From NCBI RefSeq assembly GCF_009914755.1, contig NC_060936.1: a stretch of 64,000 bases of DNA. One strand, given 5' to 3'. The notes under the pieces are model-generated. The model made no database searches. It was not told where the DNA came from and worked only from the letters and a program-made list of their open reading frames with translations. The position numbers and the translations under genes are program-made. This DNA is from the human T2T-CHM13v2.0 reference genome, Homo sapiens. Shown here piece by piece: positions 44,306 to 58,456 of the stretch; within the stretch, counting starts at the first letter, position 1, and each line of letters opens with the position of its first letter.

Positions 44306-45820
44306 TATTCACTTGGCCATACAATTTTTACTCATTTATTATTGTGAGAGATTCAAGGCTGTATGCTAAATCTTCATACTTTCTTGCAAAGTTAGACAGT
44401 ACATGACCTCTTTTGATCTACGCTAATACCAAGGTTTATGTGAATACATTTCAGAAATGCTATGCTATTATAATTATGATACTTTTTCTATGACATTATT
44501 TCATCTCTTATAAATTTAAGAACCCTTTAACATGGTCTTTTTAGGAACATATAATTTGGTAGAATATGGTTTTGATGTTTATTTACGGTTACTCCATATG
44601 CTATTAGGTTGTTTATAAGTACATTTATCACTTTAGAGGGCTATGTTTTATCTTCTTTGCTAGATAGTAAATCACCCAAGGAACATTCCCAGAGTGCACA
44701 CAGACTTTTTTTTGTAGTCAATACATGTTTTCGACAAGTGCTTAGTGAGTTTTTTCTTTTTTTTTATGTGCTTAATGGCAATGCCACAAAATAGGAAAAC
44801 ATGGACTTACAATGTGGCTAAGCCTCATCCTCATGCAGTGGTGAAGCAAACCTGTTATTTTTGAATATTCTAGTTTACAATCTCTAAGGATGTATTTACT
44901 GTATTTCCCACTTATCTGAGGTCAGACTTTGACCTCAGCCATTCTAGAACAAAGCCACAGACCTCAGCAGTAAGTGAAGACTAGTTTGAAGCAAATGCTT
45001 ATAAAATCAGTACACTTTATTTTGCAGGTAAGTAAGTCATAGAGTGTCTCAACCAGACAGTTAACATATAAAATAAAAGAGAAAAGATACATTTGATCAC
45101 AGTGGCCAGAAAAGCATGTTGAAGGAGAAGACATATTCAGAGTTTGGAAATTTGAGAAAATTTTGGTAAGGGTTTAGGTGGCTCCCAGTGTCTTTGTTGT
45201 CTTTATATTCATTTGCTGAATTTTGAACTTTGGACTTTTCTCAGGTATAAGTGATTTAAGCGATATTGCTATATATTGGTAAGAGTTGAAGAGCTGTACT
45301 CTCCTTTTCTCATTGAATGTTTACTTGTTGAGAAGGCTGTGTGTGTTTACATATTCTGTTTGAGGGAAGAAGGACATTGTGGTTTTGAAAGGAATAGGTA
45401 AGAAATCTACTATGTAAAACTGTTTAACAATGCAGAGAATGGTGTCTTGAATGGAAGAATGCTTATGTATAGTAAATGCTATTTGAGCATTTTTTTTGCT
45501 TGGTTTAGTTTGTTCATTGCTACTTCATCTTTATTATTTAGCTCTCTATTTGAAAGCCACTTGCTGAGACAGCCTTTTTCTGACCCTTCTGGTTAAAGTA
45601 GTTCTTCCCCATATCCCATTCCTCTTTTATTTTCCTCAAAACTTAGCTGAATCATACTTGTTTATATAGTTATTGTTTGGCTGTTTCCCTTTCCTCCCAG
45701 AATGTAAGTTCCTAGTGGGATAAATTTTCTTACTTAACTATGATATTATCAACTCCTAGAATAGTGCCTTGCACATAAAAAAAATGTTGATTGGTTGACT
45801 GAAATGTGTGGTTTGTAGAC

Positions 45821-46197
45821 TGCTATGGATTGAATGGTTTCCCCCTAAAATTCGTACATTGATGCTCTCATCCCCATTTTGATGGTATCTGGAGATGAGG
45901 CCTTTGGGAGTAAATTAGGTTTAGATGAAGTCATTAGGATGGGGTCCTCATAATGGAATTAGTACACTTATAATAATAATAGACATCAGAGAACTTGTTG
46001 TCTATGTCTCTGCCATGTGGGGATACAGTGAGAAAGTAGCTGTTTTACAAGCCAGGAAGAAAGCCCTCACCGGAAAATGATCATGCTGGCACCTTGATCT
46101 TGGGCTTCTAGCCTCCAGAATTGTGCAAAATAAATTTTTGTCATTTAAGCTACCTAGTCTATGTTATTTTGTTATATTAGCCGAACAGTCTAACACA
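45821..46197 (+). mobile_element. MLT1A-type MaLR solo LTR
   Basis: tgctatggattgaatg ... catgctggcaccttgatcttgg.cttctagcctccagaa.tgtg..aaataaattt ... taacaca. Confidence 0.85.
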
Positions 46198-46211
46198 TGG
46201 AGTATAGCTGT

Positions 46212-46380
46212 TTTATATTTAAAGCTATAGTGTATTGTATCATTATATATGTCATATATTACATCACTATACGTATATCATTATACGTATAGTATATATA
46301 TGTGTAGTGTATAGTGATACGTATATCACTATAGTGATATACATGTAGTGATGTAATACACTATAGCTTTAATTTATAAA
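46212..46380. repeat. Nested imperfect palindrome (AT-rich inverted repeat)
   Basis: Perfect 18-bp arms ttaaagctatagtgtatt (46219-46236) / aatacactatagctttaa (46355-46372); perfect 22-bp palindrome gtatatcactatagtgatatac (46321-46342). Confidence 0.95.
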
Positions 46381-47129
46381 TATATGGAGGAAGTTTTTGG
46401 GATACAAGCATTAGAAATGTTTATTTTCTTTAAAGCTAAGAAATGACTTCTACCCTATTAAATAAAAATTTCTAGGAAAATACTGAATTTACTTTTAGCT
46501 ATAGATACAGTGTAGAAAGCATTATAATTATGCAAGATAGATGTAATTATGTTACCTACTCCATCTGCATCTAAAATTACAGGATAGTTGGTAGGGAGTC
46601 TCTCAAGTTAAAGCAGCATGTGAAATCACAGAGCAGCATGAAATCTGCAGAATCTGAAGAAAAGCACCCTTCATGGCAAACATTAACCTGCTCTTTACTG
46701 CATAGGAATTTGTGGATATGGCAACAGCTCCAGTCCTTCTTCTGCTTTGAGACATTACCAATGACCTCACACATTTAAAAAATCCTTGGCCTCTTCTTTT
46801 GCTTTTAATTTCTTGAAACCTTTCTTCCCTATCATTTTGGACTTTTTCCTCACTTGGTTTTTGAAGTTTCTCCCATTTTTTTGTAGTTTCTTACTCTCAA
46901 GTCATAAGTTTCCATTTCTTTTTAGTATGCGTATATTTTCTATGTGTCTCAATATACCTTCTCTGCTTCCTTATTTTTTTCTCTGTCATACAAATTTTTT
47001 GAGGTTTTTCTTAAAACACATAATTTTTCTAGTAACATAGTCTAGTAAAAATTTCAAATATAGAAATCCATAACTTAGAAAGTAAAAGATGCCTATAATT
47101 TTATACTTTATGGATAACTTCTAGACAGA

Positions 47130-48075
47130 TAGTATTAACTTGTCTTCCAGAATATTATACATATTTACACTTTCACCAAGAAATACATGAGAATGCCTGT
47201 TTTACCATATCCTTGCCTACTGGGTATTGCCAGACTTTTAATATGCCAGTTAGAGAAGTAAAATATAACTTTTGATATTTTAATTTTTATTTCCTTATTA
47301 GTATGTTAGATTTTTTTCATATGGCTGTTGATCATTTTTCCCCTACATTTCCTGTATCTTTTTATTTTTAATTTAAAAAATTCTATTTATCTTAAGTGAT
47401 TTATAAGAACCTTTATATATTAGGATTATTTACATTTTATCATATATTCTGGAATTTTTTTATGTTGATAGCTTTTTCTACAGTTGATTTAAAAAATTAA
47501 CTCTAGTAAATTTTTTAGTAATGGTGTATACTGTTAATTATTATATATTTTAGTATATAATAGTATAAGGTTAGTCTCTTATATATGAGTTTTGGGTTAG
47601 AAAATATTTGTCTATGTTCAATTCCGGTCATTTTGTAGTTTCATTTTACATTTAACTTTTGATCTATCTGGACTTCGTATTGATAGAGTGAGATAGAGTC
47701 TAATTACTCCTTTTCCCACACAGTTAGCTTGTTACCATGACAATATTTGTAAAACAGTCCCTCTTGTCCCTTCTTATTTGGAATGCATCTTTGCCGTATA
47801 TTAAATTTCCATATATACTTAGATATATTCTAGATTTGATTTCCATTTCTGTTGATATGTGTCTGTGTATTCCTGTGATAGTACCACCTACATTTCTGTT
47901 TTATTGCACATTTAGAGATTTGATAGGGCTATGCTTTCTTTTCTTAACTATTCTTGCCTGTTACTCTTAACAGTTGAATTTAATAATCATTTAATCAAGG
48001 TTTTAAACCCTGTTGCGATTTTGATAGAAATTTTGTTAAATTCTTAGATGTATAGATGCAAAATTGACATTATTC
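47130..48075 (-). mobile_element. Ancient L1ME-type fragment
   Basis: atttacactttcaccaagaaatacatgagaatgcctgttt..catatccttgcc and ttgatctatctgga motifs. Confidence 0.65.
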
Positions 48076-48079
48076 TCTA

Positions 48080-50160
48080 TTTTTAGGGGGAAGTCATTAG
48101 AGTTTAGACTCAGAATATAAATAGGTCTTTGCCAAATAGTCAGGTGGGGAAGGTAGCTTCTTATAGACGGAGTGGCATATGCAAAGCCCTGCAGTTGTGA
48201 AATAACATGACCTGTGTGAAAAACTGCTAGTACTAGAGTTTCAGTAGTGAGGGATATTGGTATGTCAGCATAGGATGTGAGGGGAAGGCATTTTTGTAGC
48301 TGAATCTGAAAATTTTGTTAGAAACTGTCAAAATGTTTTTAGCAGTTGAATAACACTAAACATACTTGCATTTTGGAAAGATATTTCTTGCAGTTGATAT
48401 GGATGAGTTGGAGGGAGATGAGATGGAGTTAGAGAGACCTTTTTAGAGTCTGCTGCATTAGTCCAAGAGAAATACAGAGATCTTAATAAAGTAAAGAAAT
48501 ACAAATAAAGTTGGAGGAGAGGGAGAGATGTTTGAAGGATATTTAGAACATTTAGAAAATGTAACTTGGGGGTGAGAAAGAGGAAAGAATCTAGAATGGC
48601 TTGGCTTTGAGATTTGTGAAATTCTTCAGACCCTAATTTGTAAAATTTCCTTGTGAAACTTTAAAAAAAAGTATGGTTCACAAAAATAATGATTGTTTCT
48701 TTCACTCTATAGCAAATTAATAACAGCAAAGTGGGGAGGGGGACTGTCAAGAGGTGGGCAAATAACCTTTATGTGCATTAAATCTTCTCTTCCTCAGTCT
48801 CTCTCAAATCATTAACATTCTTTCCCTCAGCAATGCCATTGCCCTAGCCTAGGGAGCAATCACCTTTCACTCAGATTACTGTAATTTTACTTTTCTCGAA
48901 TCCAATATTCATGCTGAAGCCAGAATAATTCTTCAAATCCGATCATTTTATTCTCTGGCTTAAAACTCTTCAGTGGTTTTTCTCTTTTCCTTAGGATTAA
49001 CGTCAACCTTTGAAAATACCTTACAAGGTTTCATTTTCCTTACTTGTAAAATAATAATAATAATAATACTTCCTTTTTGAGTTATTGTGAAGATTAAGTT
49101 AGTTCATGTTCTGAAGTGTTTAAGAACAATGCCTGGCACACAACACTGTAATAAATGTTTGCTCATGTTATTTTTATTTTTTGTTTAGTATCTTACTTTC
49201 CATCCCATCTAGACCGTAAGAACCATACAATTTGAAATGATATTTTTCTTTTGATTGATATTCTCAGTATTTAGCACAGAATATATTAATATTAAATATT
49301 AAATGTATAACACATAATTTTATGAACGAATGTCACTTGGAAGCATAATAATGAAGCATTCAAAAGCTCTCAAGCAGAGGCAGAATGTGCTATTTGTCAT
49401 AATGTAATAGGAGAATGAATTTTTATAGTATTCTGTGTTGCTAAGAAAAACAATTGCATCCAGTTGCTTTTGTTATAAGACAGCAGCTCTGAAATGTTTT
49501 TATTGTTTGAAGAAAGATATTAGATAAATTGGGAATCACATAAAAGTAATTGAATGTATACAAATAGAAAAGAAAAACAATGGCAATGTTTGGTTATTAA
49601 CTAAAATTAATAGATACCGTAAGTGATTTCTTTATGTAAGAAAAAGTTGCTCTGTTAGGAGGTCTGAATGTACTTTTTCTCCTGAAATGGTTAAGAAACA
49701 GGTTTATTCATATATTTATTCATCTAACAAAAATTTTAAAAGATGCCTTCTATGTTCCAAGTTCTATTTTGGGTGATTGTGATACATTAGCGGAAAAACA
49801 ACAAAAATCACTGCTTATGGAGTAACATGTTAGTGGATAAGAAAGACAGTGTTTAATAAACATAAAAATAAGTTAATTATAAAGTAGAAAGTGAATAAGT
49901 GATGAAAACTATAGCAAGGTAAAGGATACATTGTGAGTATTGGAGTAGAGGAGGGGTGGGTTATAATTTTTAGTGAAGTGATCAGGATTTCATTTAAAAG
50001 ATGACTTTAAAGCCAAAAGTTGAAGATGGCAAGAAGAGGAGATTTTAGGCATAAGAAACAGCCAAGGAAAATGCACTGGATTAGGAATCTATTAAACCAG
50101 TGTTGCTGAAGCAGAATGAATGAGGGGGAAGTATAATGGGAGGTGAAGTTATTTAATGAT
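48080..50160. mobile_element. Cluster of L2 and MIR fragments in both orientations
   Basis: gcatatgcaaagccctgcag, ttaaaactcttcagtggttt, acaatgcctggcaca..aataaatg, tgccttctatgttccaag motifs. Confidence 0.6.
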
Positions 50161-50731
50161 AGAGGTAGGGCAAGGGGGTGGGGAGGGCTTAATGATTTTG
50201 AAACTTCTATTTAGGAAATATTATTCTATTTTAGTTGTGTTTAATTTTATATTTTAAAAAATGTATAGACCTAATCAAATTATGTTTAAACAATATGGCA
50301 CAGTAAGGAACTATAGGAAATAAAGGATTTTACATTCTGCAAGATATTTGATAACAAGTATATTCCTTGCATACAAAACTTTATCAGCAAAAGTAGCACT
50401 CTTAATTCCTTTATAGTTGAGGCATATATGCCTGGCCATATGCTTTGCTTCCAAAAAAAGTTTTTTTGTCTAAGAGATATTTGTGGCAATCTGTATTTTT
50501 CCCTCCAGTGGACCCCTCATTTGTTCTCTGTGCCATTATATACATGATGCTGAGATTCTGCTTAGAAGTAAGACACAAGTCCACATTTGTTCCACTACAA
50601 TTGTGAGACATTGCTGTGGCTCAAACTACGGTTCGTTTTTGAGCAAGACTAAATTTTTTGGACCATTTGGGATATTTTTTATTATACATCTTTTGTAGAC
50701 TTATAGCAAATTTAATGTTTGAATGATTTTT

Positions 50732-51031
50732 ATTTTTATTTTTATTTTTTATGTTAGAATTGTTTTTTTTTTAAATTTATTATTATTATACTTTAAGTTT
50801 TAGGGTACATGTGCACAATGTGCAGGTTAGTTACATATGTATACATGTGCCATGCTGGTGCGCTGCACCCACTAACTCGTCATCTAGCATTAGGTATATC
50901 TCCCAATGCTATCCCTCCCCCATCCCCCCACCCCACAACAGTCCCCAGAGTGTGATGTTTCCCTTCCTGTGTCCATGTGTTCTCATTGTTCAGTTCCCAC
51001 CTATGAGTGAGAATATGCAGTGTTTGGTTTT
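50732..51031 (-). mobile_element. Young 5'-truncated L1PA2-type 3'UTR insertion with a double A-tail
   Basis: ggtgcgctgcacccactaactcgtcatctagc (GAG type, not Ta ACA); perfect 16-bp TSD tgtttgaatgattttt (50716-50731 / 51032-51047) followed by AA (TTTT/AA endonuclease site). Confidence 0.95.
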
Positions 51032-51170
51032 TGTTTGAATGATTTTTAAAGCTATTTTCTGAGACAACGTTAAATCTCCATTCTATTTATAGAAAATTCC
51101 ACAGCTAATTTTAAAAAAAGAAACAAGTGATGATAAATGAAACCGGCTTTATTGTAAGCGGAATTCAAAG

Positions 51171-52358
51171 TGTTACTAACAAAGCAGGTCCCCCCGAAAA
51201 TGGGTTTCTCTGTTGAGTGCCATAAAGCCAGTACACAAAACTGAAGGTGAACAACAAGCAATGAAGGTTTTATTCGATGCAATAGAATTGAAAAGCAGGA
51301 GGTTGGCTCACAAATCAACTTCTCAGCTCATGAGAGCCGAAAGTCACAGATATAGGGCGTCTTTAATGAAGAGGTTGGGCATTAAAAGTAAGGAGAAGAA
51401 TATTCATGTCTGTTCTGAAATGGGCAGAGAACTTCTCAAAACCGGAGCGCTACCTTTTTGTCCTTTTAGGGTTTCTTCCAATACTTGTCATAGTGATATA
51501 GGAGTTAAAAAGAAATTATTTAGGCAGATAGGGAGGGTAGGGAAGTCCTCAGTAAGGTTTTCCTTTTAATGAAAAGCAGCCCCCAAATCATTTTCTTTTC
51601 TAACAAAGGGCAGCCTGTAAAATTGAGCTGCAGACATAGACAAGCAAGCTGGAAGCTTGCACAGGTGAATGCTGGCAGCTGTGCCAATAGGAAAAGGCTA
51701 CCTGGGGGCTATGCATGTTCAACATGGTGGCTCCATCTTCCCTGTCCCTTCCAAACCATGTGTGTGTAAGGAGCAGACAACATGGTGCTGGCCAAGTAGA
51801 AAATCCATTTGTATAATAAAAAGATTAGGGTGGAGTGGCCGTCTTCCTTGCACTATGTAAATGTCACACCTGGTCCAACCAATCTTTGGGCCCTATGTAA
51901 ATCAGACACCACCTCCTCTAGCAGTCTATAAAAGCCCATGTACTTCAGCATGGGCCAGAAGTCTCACAGGAGAAAAAGAGCTATTCCCCTTTTTCTTTCT
52001 TTTGCCTATTAAACCTTTGCTTCTAAACCCACTTCTTGTGTGTCCACATCCTTGATTCCCTTGGCGTGAAACAACGAACCTTGGGTATTTACTCCGGACA
52101 ACGACGCCACTTCAGTAGTGATTGTCAGCTGTCCTGGCACTGGTGGGAGTGTCATTTAGCATGGAAATTAGATTATAATGAAGTCTGAAGTTCTTCAGAG
52201 GCCAAGTGAGCTGCCATGTTGAATCTCATCAGTCTTAGCAGGTTTGGTCATAATAGGGAACTTCTGACCTCAGGCATCCTGTTTCCTAAAGATAAGCAGA
52301 GTTAAGGTGAGATAGGAATTCAGCTAGGTAGATCTTGTAGGCGTTATGCTGGGTAACA
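51171..52358 (-). mobile_element. Older ERV1 (MER4-group-like) solo LTR, split by LTR9; subfamily not assigned
   Basis: TGTTAC...GTAACA termini, flanks caaag/aaaag; ctgtc.tggc.ctggtgggagtgtc motif; ttttatt (minus-strand AATAAA) at ~51268. Confidence 0.7.
51494..52114 (+). mobile_element. LTR9-family (HUERS-P3) solo LTR
   Basis: tgatataggagttaaaaagaaattatttaggcagatag...aaaagcagcccc; TATAAAA 51927, ATTAAA 52008, ends ccacttca; 4-bp TSD atag/gtag. Confidence 0.85.
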
Positions 52359-53990
52359 AAAAGATCCCCCTGTGTAATATATTCTTGGTAATATAGGGGC
52401 ACTCTGTTAATTTAACACTGAAATTTAACTTTTAAATTTCTTTGCCTTTCAGGGCATCACAGTTTATTTGATGTTTGTATGGCTGTCAACATCTCTAAGA
52501 ATACAGGAAAAATGAGTCTTAGACATGTTGCCATCTACCTTACATTATTATCTAGAGAAAGGTATTTGAACTACATTTCACCTTCGATTTCCACATCAGC
52601 TGTTTGTAGCTTTGGTTGTTGTTTTCTGTGTGCTAAACATATTGTATTTTTTTTCCATTTACTTATTTGCAACTCATTTTTCTGCACAAAAGTTTTGGAT
52701 GTCTTTTGTGATTTTCAGCATCAAACTAGAAAACTATAAATTAAAAAAAATCAGAATTAGTGACTATACACATATAATGGAATATTGAGGCCAAGAAAAA
52801 AATAAGTCTGTAGTTATTGTCAAAACATTTGTTGAAACTGAACTGCAGCTTTTATTTTCAGATTGCCAATTTAGAAAGAGCAACATAATAATTTGTAAGG
52901 AAAAGCTGACTCCTTGCATAGTGGAAGTTGTATAGACATTTCATAGGATTTGCAGTAATGATCCCTTAAAATTTGGGTGAAGTGCTTGTGCTTAAAAGCA
53001 GTAGAATTGTTAAGATGTAGTGAGAGAATATAAAACTTTCCTCTGTCCATAATGATGTTCTGTTGTTCATTTTATGAGAGAGGCATCACATTTTCCAAAT
53101 GGCAATGACTAAAAAGAATTATTATTTTTTATGAATGTGTTAGATATGATATAAACAGATGCGATTTTTTTTTCTTTTTAACTCCTTTATTGTTTATAAA
53201 CTGAACATAATCTTTCTTTTTAGGACACTCAGCTATAGGATAGTTTATTGAATATAGATGCTTAAAATAAGAAAAACAGTTTAAGTCAGTAGCTTAAAGG
53301 TAGGAAGCAAATGATAAGCTTCAGACAATGGAAAAGAAATGAGAACCAATGGTGTTTGGAAAAAAATTGTAAACCATTTACTTTCCACTAACCTCATAAA
53401 ATGTGTCTTTCAAAAAATAAAAATGCATTTTTCATACCTGGACTCTACATATGGTTTTGAATGGAAAATAAAGAAGTCTTCCTGAAATAATAACTGAAGA
53501 AAGCAAGTTAAAATGTGAATCACTTGCCTGTTATGCAAATAATGATTCAGTTCAATGTTGGATTTCAAGGGCCAATAATTTTTATGAAAGTATTACTAAA
53601 GCAAGGTGTTTGGGTTGGATTTTAAAGTCTATGTCCTTTGGTTGACTTTCCGTCGTTTTATTCATTTTAGAGAGCTTGTTTATAATATTGTGGCATGTAT
53701 TTCATTCCCACCAAATTCTTCCTTTTGCATCCTTGGCACCAATGTGGACATACAGGATCTAAAACCTAAAGATATATTTCATAGGTGAAACTGTTTTTCC
53801 ATGTCATAAACTCTCTTGTGCATATACCTAAATATATTATATTTAATTTTATATGATAAGGTCTACATATACTTGAGACACCTTTTTATTTAAATAGGAA
53901 TTTGAATCAGTAATTACTGACTAAATGACAGACATAGTGTATATAGATCTTATAAATTGTCAGATATTAAGGACATTATTAAGGATTATT

Positions 53991-55053
53991 ATTTTTTTTA
54001 TTATACTTTAAGTTCTAGGGTACATGTGCACAACGCGCAGGTTTGTTACATAGGTATACACGTGCCATGTTGGTTTGCTGCACCCATTAACTCGTCATTT
54101 ACATTAGGTATTTCTCCTAATGCTATCCCTCCCCCAGGCCCCACCCTGTGACAGGCCCCAGTATGTGATGTTCCCCGCCCTGTGTCCAGGTGTTCTCATT
54201 GTTCAGTTCCCACCTATGAGTGAGAACATGTGGTGTTTGATTTTCTGTCCTTGTGATAGTTTGCAGAGAATGATGGTTTCCAGCTTCATCCATGTCCCTG
54301 CAAAGGACATGGACTCATCCTTTTTTATGGCTGCATAGTATTCCATGGTGTATATGTGCCACATTTTCTTAATCTAGTGTGTCTTTGATGGACATTAGGG
54401 TTGGTTCCAAGTCTTTGCTGTTGTGAATAGTGCTGCAGTAAACATACGTGTGCCTGTGTCTTTATAGTAGCATGATTTATAATCCATTGGGTCTATACCC
54501 AGTAATGGGATAGCTGGGTCAAATGCTATTTCTAGTTCTAGATCCTTAAGGAATCGCCACACTGTCTTCCACAATGGTTGAATTAGTTTACACTCCCACC
54601 AGCAGTGTAAAAGTGTTCCCATTTCTCCACATCCTCTCCAGCACCTGTTGTTTCCTGACTTTTTAATGATCGCCATTCTAACTGGTGTGAGATGGTATCT
54701 CACTGTGGTTTTGATTTGCCTTTCTCTGATGACCAGTAATGATGGGCATTTTTTCATGTGTCTGTTGGCTGCATAAATGTCTTCTTCTGAGAAGTGTCTG
54801 TTCATATCTGTCGCCCACTTTTTGATGGGGTTGTTTTTTTTTTTGTAAATTTGTTTGAGTTCTTTGTAGATTCTGCATATTAGCTGTTTGTCAGATGGGT
54901 AGATTGCAAAAATTTTCTTCCATTCTGTAGGTTGCCTGTTCACTCTGATGGTAGTTTCTTTTGCCGTGCAGAAGCTCTTTAGTTTAATTAGATCCCATTT
55001 GTCTATTTTGGTTTTTGTTGCCATTGCTTTTGGTGTTTTAGTCATGAAGTCCG
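53991..55053 (-). mobile_element. 5'-truncated L1PA (about L1PA6-8): 3'UTR plus ORF2 C-terminal Cys-rich domain
   Basis: ORF 54395..55045 = ORF2p C-terminus ([19 protein letters not shown]); long TSD attaaggacattattaaggattatt. Confidence 0.95.
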
Positions 55054-57091
55054 ATTAAGGACATTATTAAGGATTATTAAGCAACATTGAGGTGGCTGCT
55101 AAAATATTTTCATAGAGTGCCTTGATGGGCACACTATAGGGGTTGCAGCTAGACTGATAAATACTACACTTTAGATTATTGCTGTTGTAGAGCTTATAAC
55201 AATCCAGTGGGTTATAGGTATTTAACTGTGATTACTTCTCATACTTCAAAGTTTTGCCCTTTAAAAAACAAACCAAAAACCCCTCAGATATTGGAGAAAG
55301 CCTATTGAGAAGAGATTGTCATCACAAGTAAGGATAATAAAACTGATTTTTTGCCTGCTCTTTTGGATTTGTTTCATTTCAGCAAAGAAAGGTTATGCTT
55401 CCAGATTAGAATTTATTTTTTGTGTTTTCAATAAGATATCTAAGACAAAGGCATCTGTTAAAACTGTGATCTAGTGGCTTCTAAATGTATTAAAAAGATT
55501 AGGAAATATTCTGAGGCAAAGACTCATTGATTTCCTTTTATATTTATTTCACCTTGGTGATAATAAAAACGGATGGAACTACAGGCTAAATACTACTTTC
55601 TAGCCCCAAAGTATGTTTAAATACAATCTTAACGCCATGCTTGTGGTTTTTGAGTTGTCAGTAATCTCCTGGATGAATATTGTAGACTGGGTATTTGCAG
55701 CCAGCACAGCTGTCTTCCTGACAGAGGTTCATGTGAGGAAAAAACGTCAGGCTGGGCTAAAATTACAGGACAAAATAGAAGCAAAAGTATTGTATTCTAT
55801 GAAAATGGTGATGATGGGGTAGTTTTGCCTTAAGCCCTTTTGAAAAATCATTTTTAAAACATTATGGAAATGCCACAGTTCTTGAAATATTTTTTTCCCC
55901 TTGTTTTGAAGCCTAAGATATTATGGGACAATAGTCATAACAAATTAGACTATGTTTCAAAAAATTACTTTGTATGGCACAGTTCTTTACCCAGAGCTAG
56001 GAGATAGTTCACTGTTTTTGTGCAGTTATATTAGCCCTGATATGCCTATTTAGTAAGCATATAGTAAGCATGCTTTAGTAAGCATGCCTTTAAAATCACT
56101 GTTAGAAACTCTGGTCTTTGAAGTGTGCCTCTTTGGGACACATTTCTTAGGGCTTGGAAACCAAACAGATTCTTACCAGCTGAGCTCCTAGTTTTTTCTA
56201 GGAATAGATTATGAAATACGTAAAAATATATAAGAAATGGTTCCTACTCTTAAGAATCAAACACTGGAGATATCATATGTGTAAAACAATGTGAGATGTG
56301 ATACATTTTTAAGGGTGGAGTTTAGTAATTTTGTAGATGGGGGCTACAATCTTCAATCCTTCTTTAAAAGAATTGTTTATTTCCTTCATAGTCAGAAAAT
56401 ACTTAATGTGATTAAATGTTTCATTAAGGTTTTTACAAATTAATATGTAAATTTATTTTTATCCTTCATTCAGAAAGGATTCTAAGTGTCTATACTTACT
56501 AGTAAATTACATGTTTCATAATTAAACTGTAGGAATGCTATTCATAACATACTGACATAGGAACAGGTAAATCAGATCTGGGACTTATTGCTTCAGTAAG
56601 GACAAAAAAATCAGTAAATAAAAGGTCCAGATAGTACCACGATGATACATTAACTTGTGTTAAGGTACATTTAACATCTCTTAAGCGATTTAAGAGTGAC
56701 TTTCATGCCTAGTTTTTGCAGTTTTCATTTTAAGGAAGATATTGAAAATCCTGGAGGAGATTCAGAAAAGAGCATCCTAAGTAACTGAAGGGGAAGCATG
56801 ACCTAAAAATATGATAGCTTTTAAAGATTATTTTTAAAAAGATGATTAGAAAACACTACTTTTATATACCTGTATATTACCTTTCATAGGAATAAATTAA
56901 CAAATGAGAAAAAATATTTGATCAAACTACTTATCTTGACTTTTGATTCAGAAAATATGCTCTATATTTTGTGGAAGTTAATAAAGATTTGGGAGTATTA
57001 GTGGTCTTAAAATGGACCAAACTAGTTTAATGCTCTGCTCATCCCCTCTGACTTTTCTAGGACGTAGCTCCTCAGTTGTTTTCCTCACTCA

Positions 57092-57935
<844 letters not shown>

Positions 57936-58411
57936 CATCTGGGAACAGATGGCTCTGTTCATGTCTCATCTTTTGCTTTTCACTTTTATCTCTATCTTGG
58001 TATCTTTCTAGAGATACTCCTCAGGGAATCTCGGCTTTCATTATTTTATTTCCTGTACTTGAAAATCTATTCTTGATTACCTTTATTGCAGCTTTAAATT
58101 TAGAAATCATTAGGATTATTTTTCAGTGGCGTTTCCATACGTCAGATTATATAGACTTTATGACAGTCTAGTTTCTCACACGTGTAATTTGTCCTTTTAA
58201 GTTCTAATGCGAATGTGAGTTACAAGTTTTCCAAAATGTTTTTCTATTTTTTTGTAGCTACATCTCTGTTGAAGATCTTTTTGTTAATCACTGAGTTATT
58301 ACCTTTTAAAAAATATTGATGATGATTTATTTTGGTTTGTTTTTGTACTTACATGACAGACTTCTGTGCTTATCTTTTATTTGGAATTGAAACGACTTCT
58401 GGCAGAATTTA

Positions 58412-58456
<45 letters not shown>

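Noticed and set aside
46577-46774. Cys-rich 65-aa minus-strand ORF
   Set aside because: No recognisable domain spacing, GTG start, no splice or poly(A) support.
51213-52055. Chain of four + strand ORFs resembling an operon
   Set aside because: They lie in nested LTRs, have no recognisable domains and mostly non-ATG starts.
54395-55045. 216-aa ORF, the longest in the track
   Set aside because: L1 ORF2p C-terminal domain of a 5'-truncated L1PA, ending prematurely at TWNQP; not a host gene.
56069-56111. Three short tagtaagcat repeats (also atcagtatttgca twice at ~42191-42223)
   Set aside because: Simple slippage repeats with no unique spacers; not CRISPR-like.
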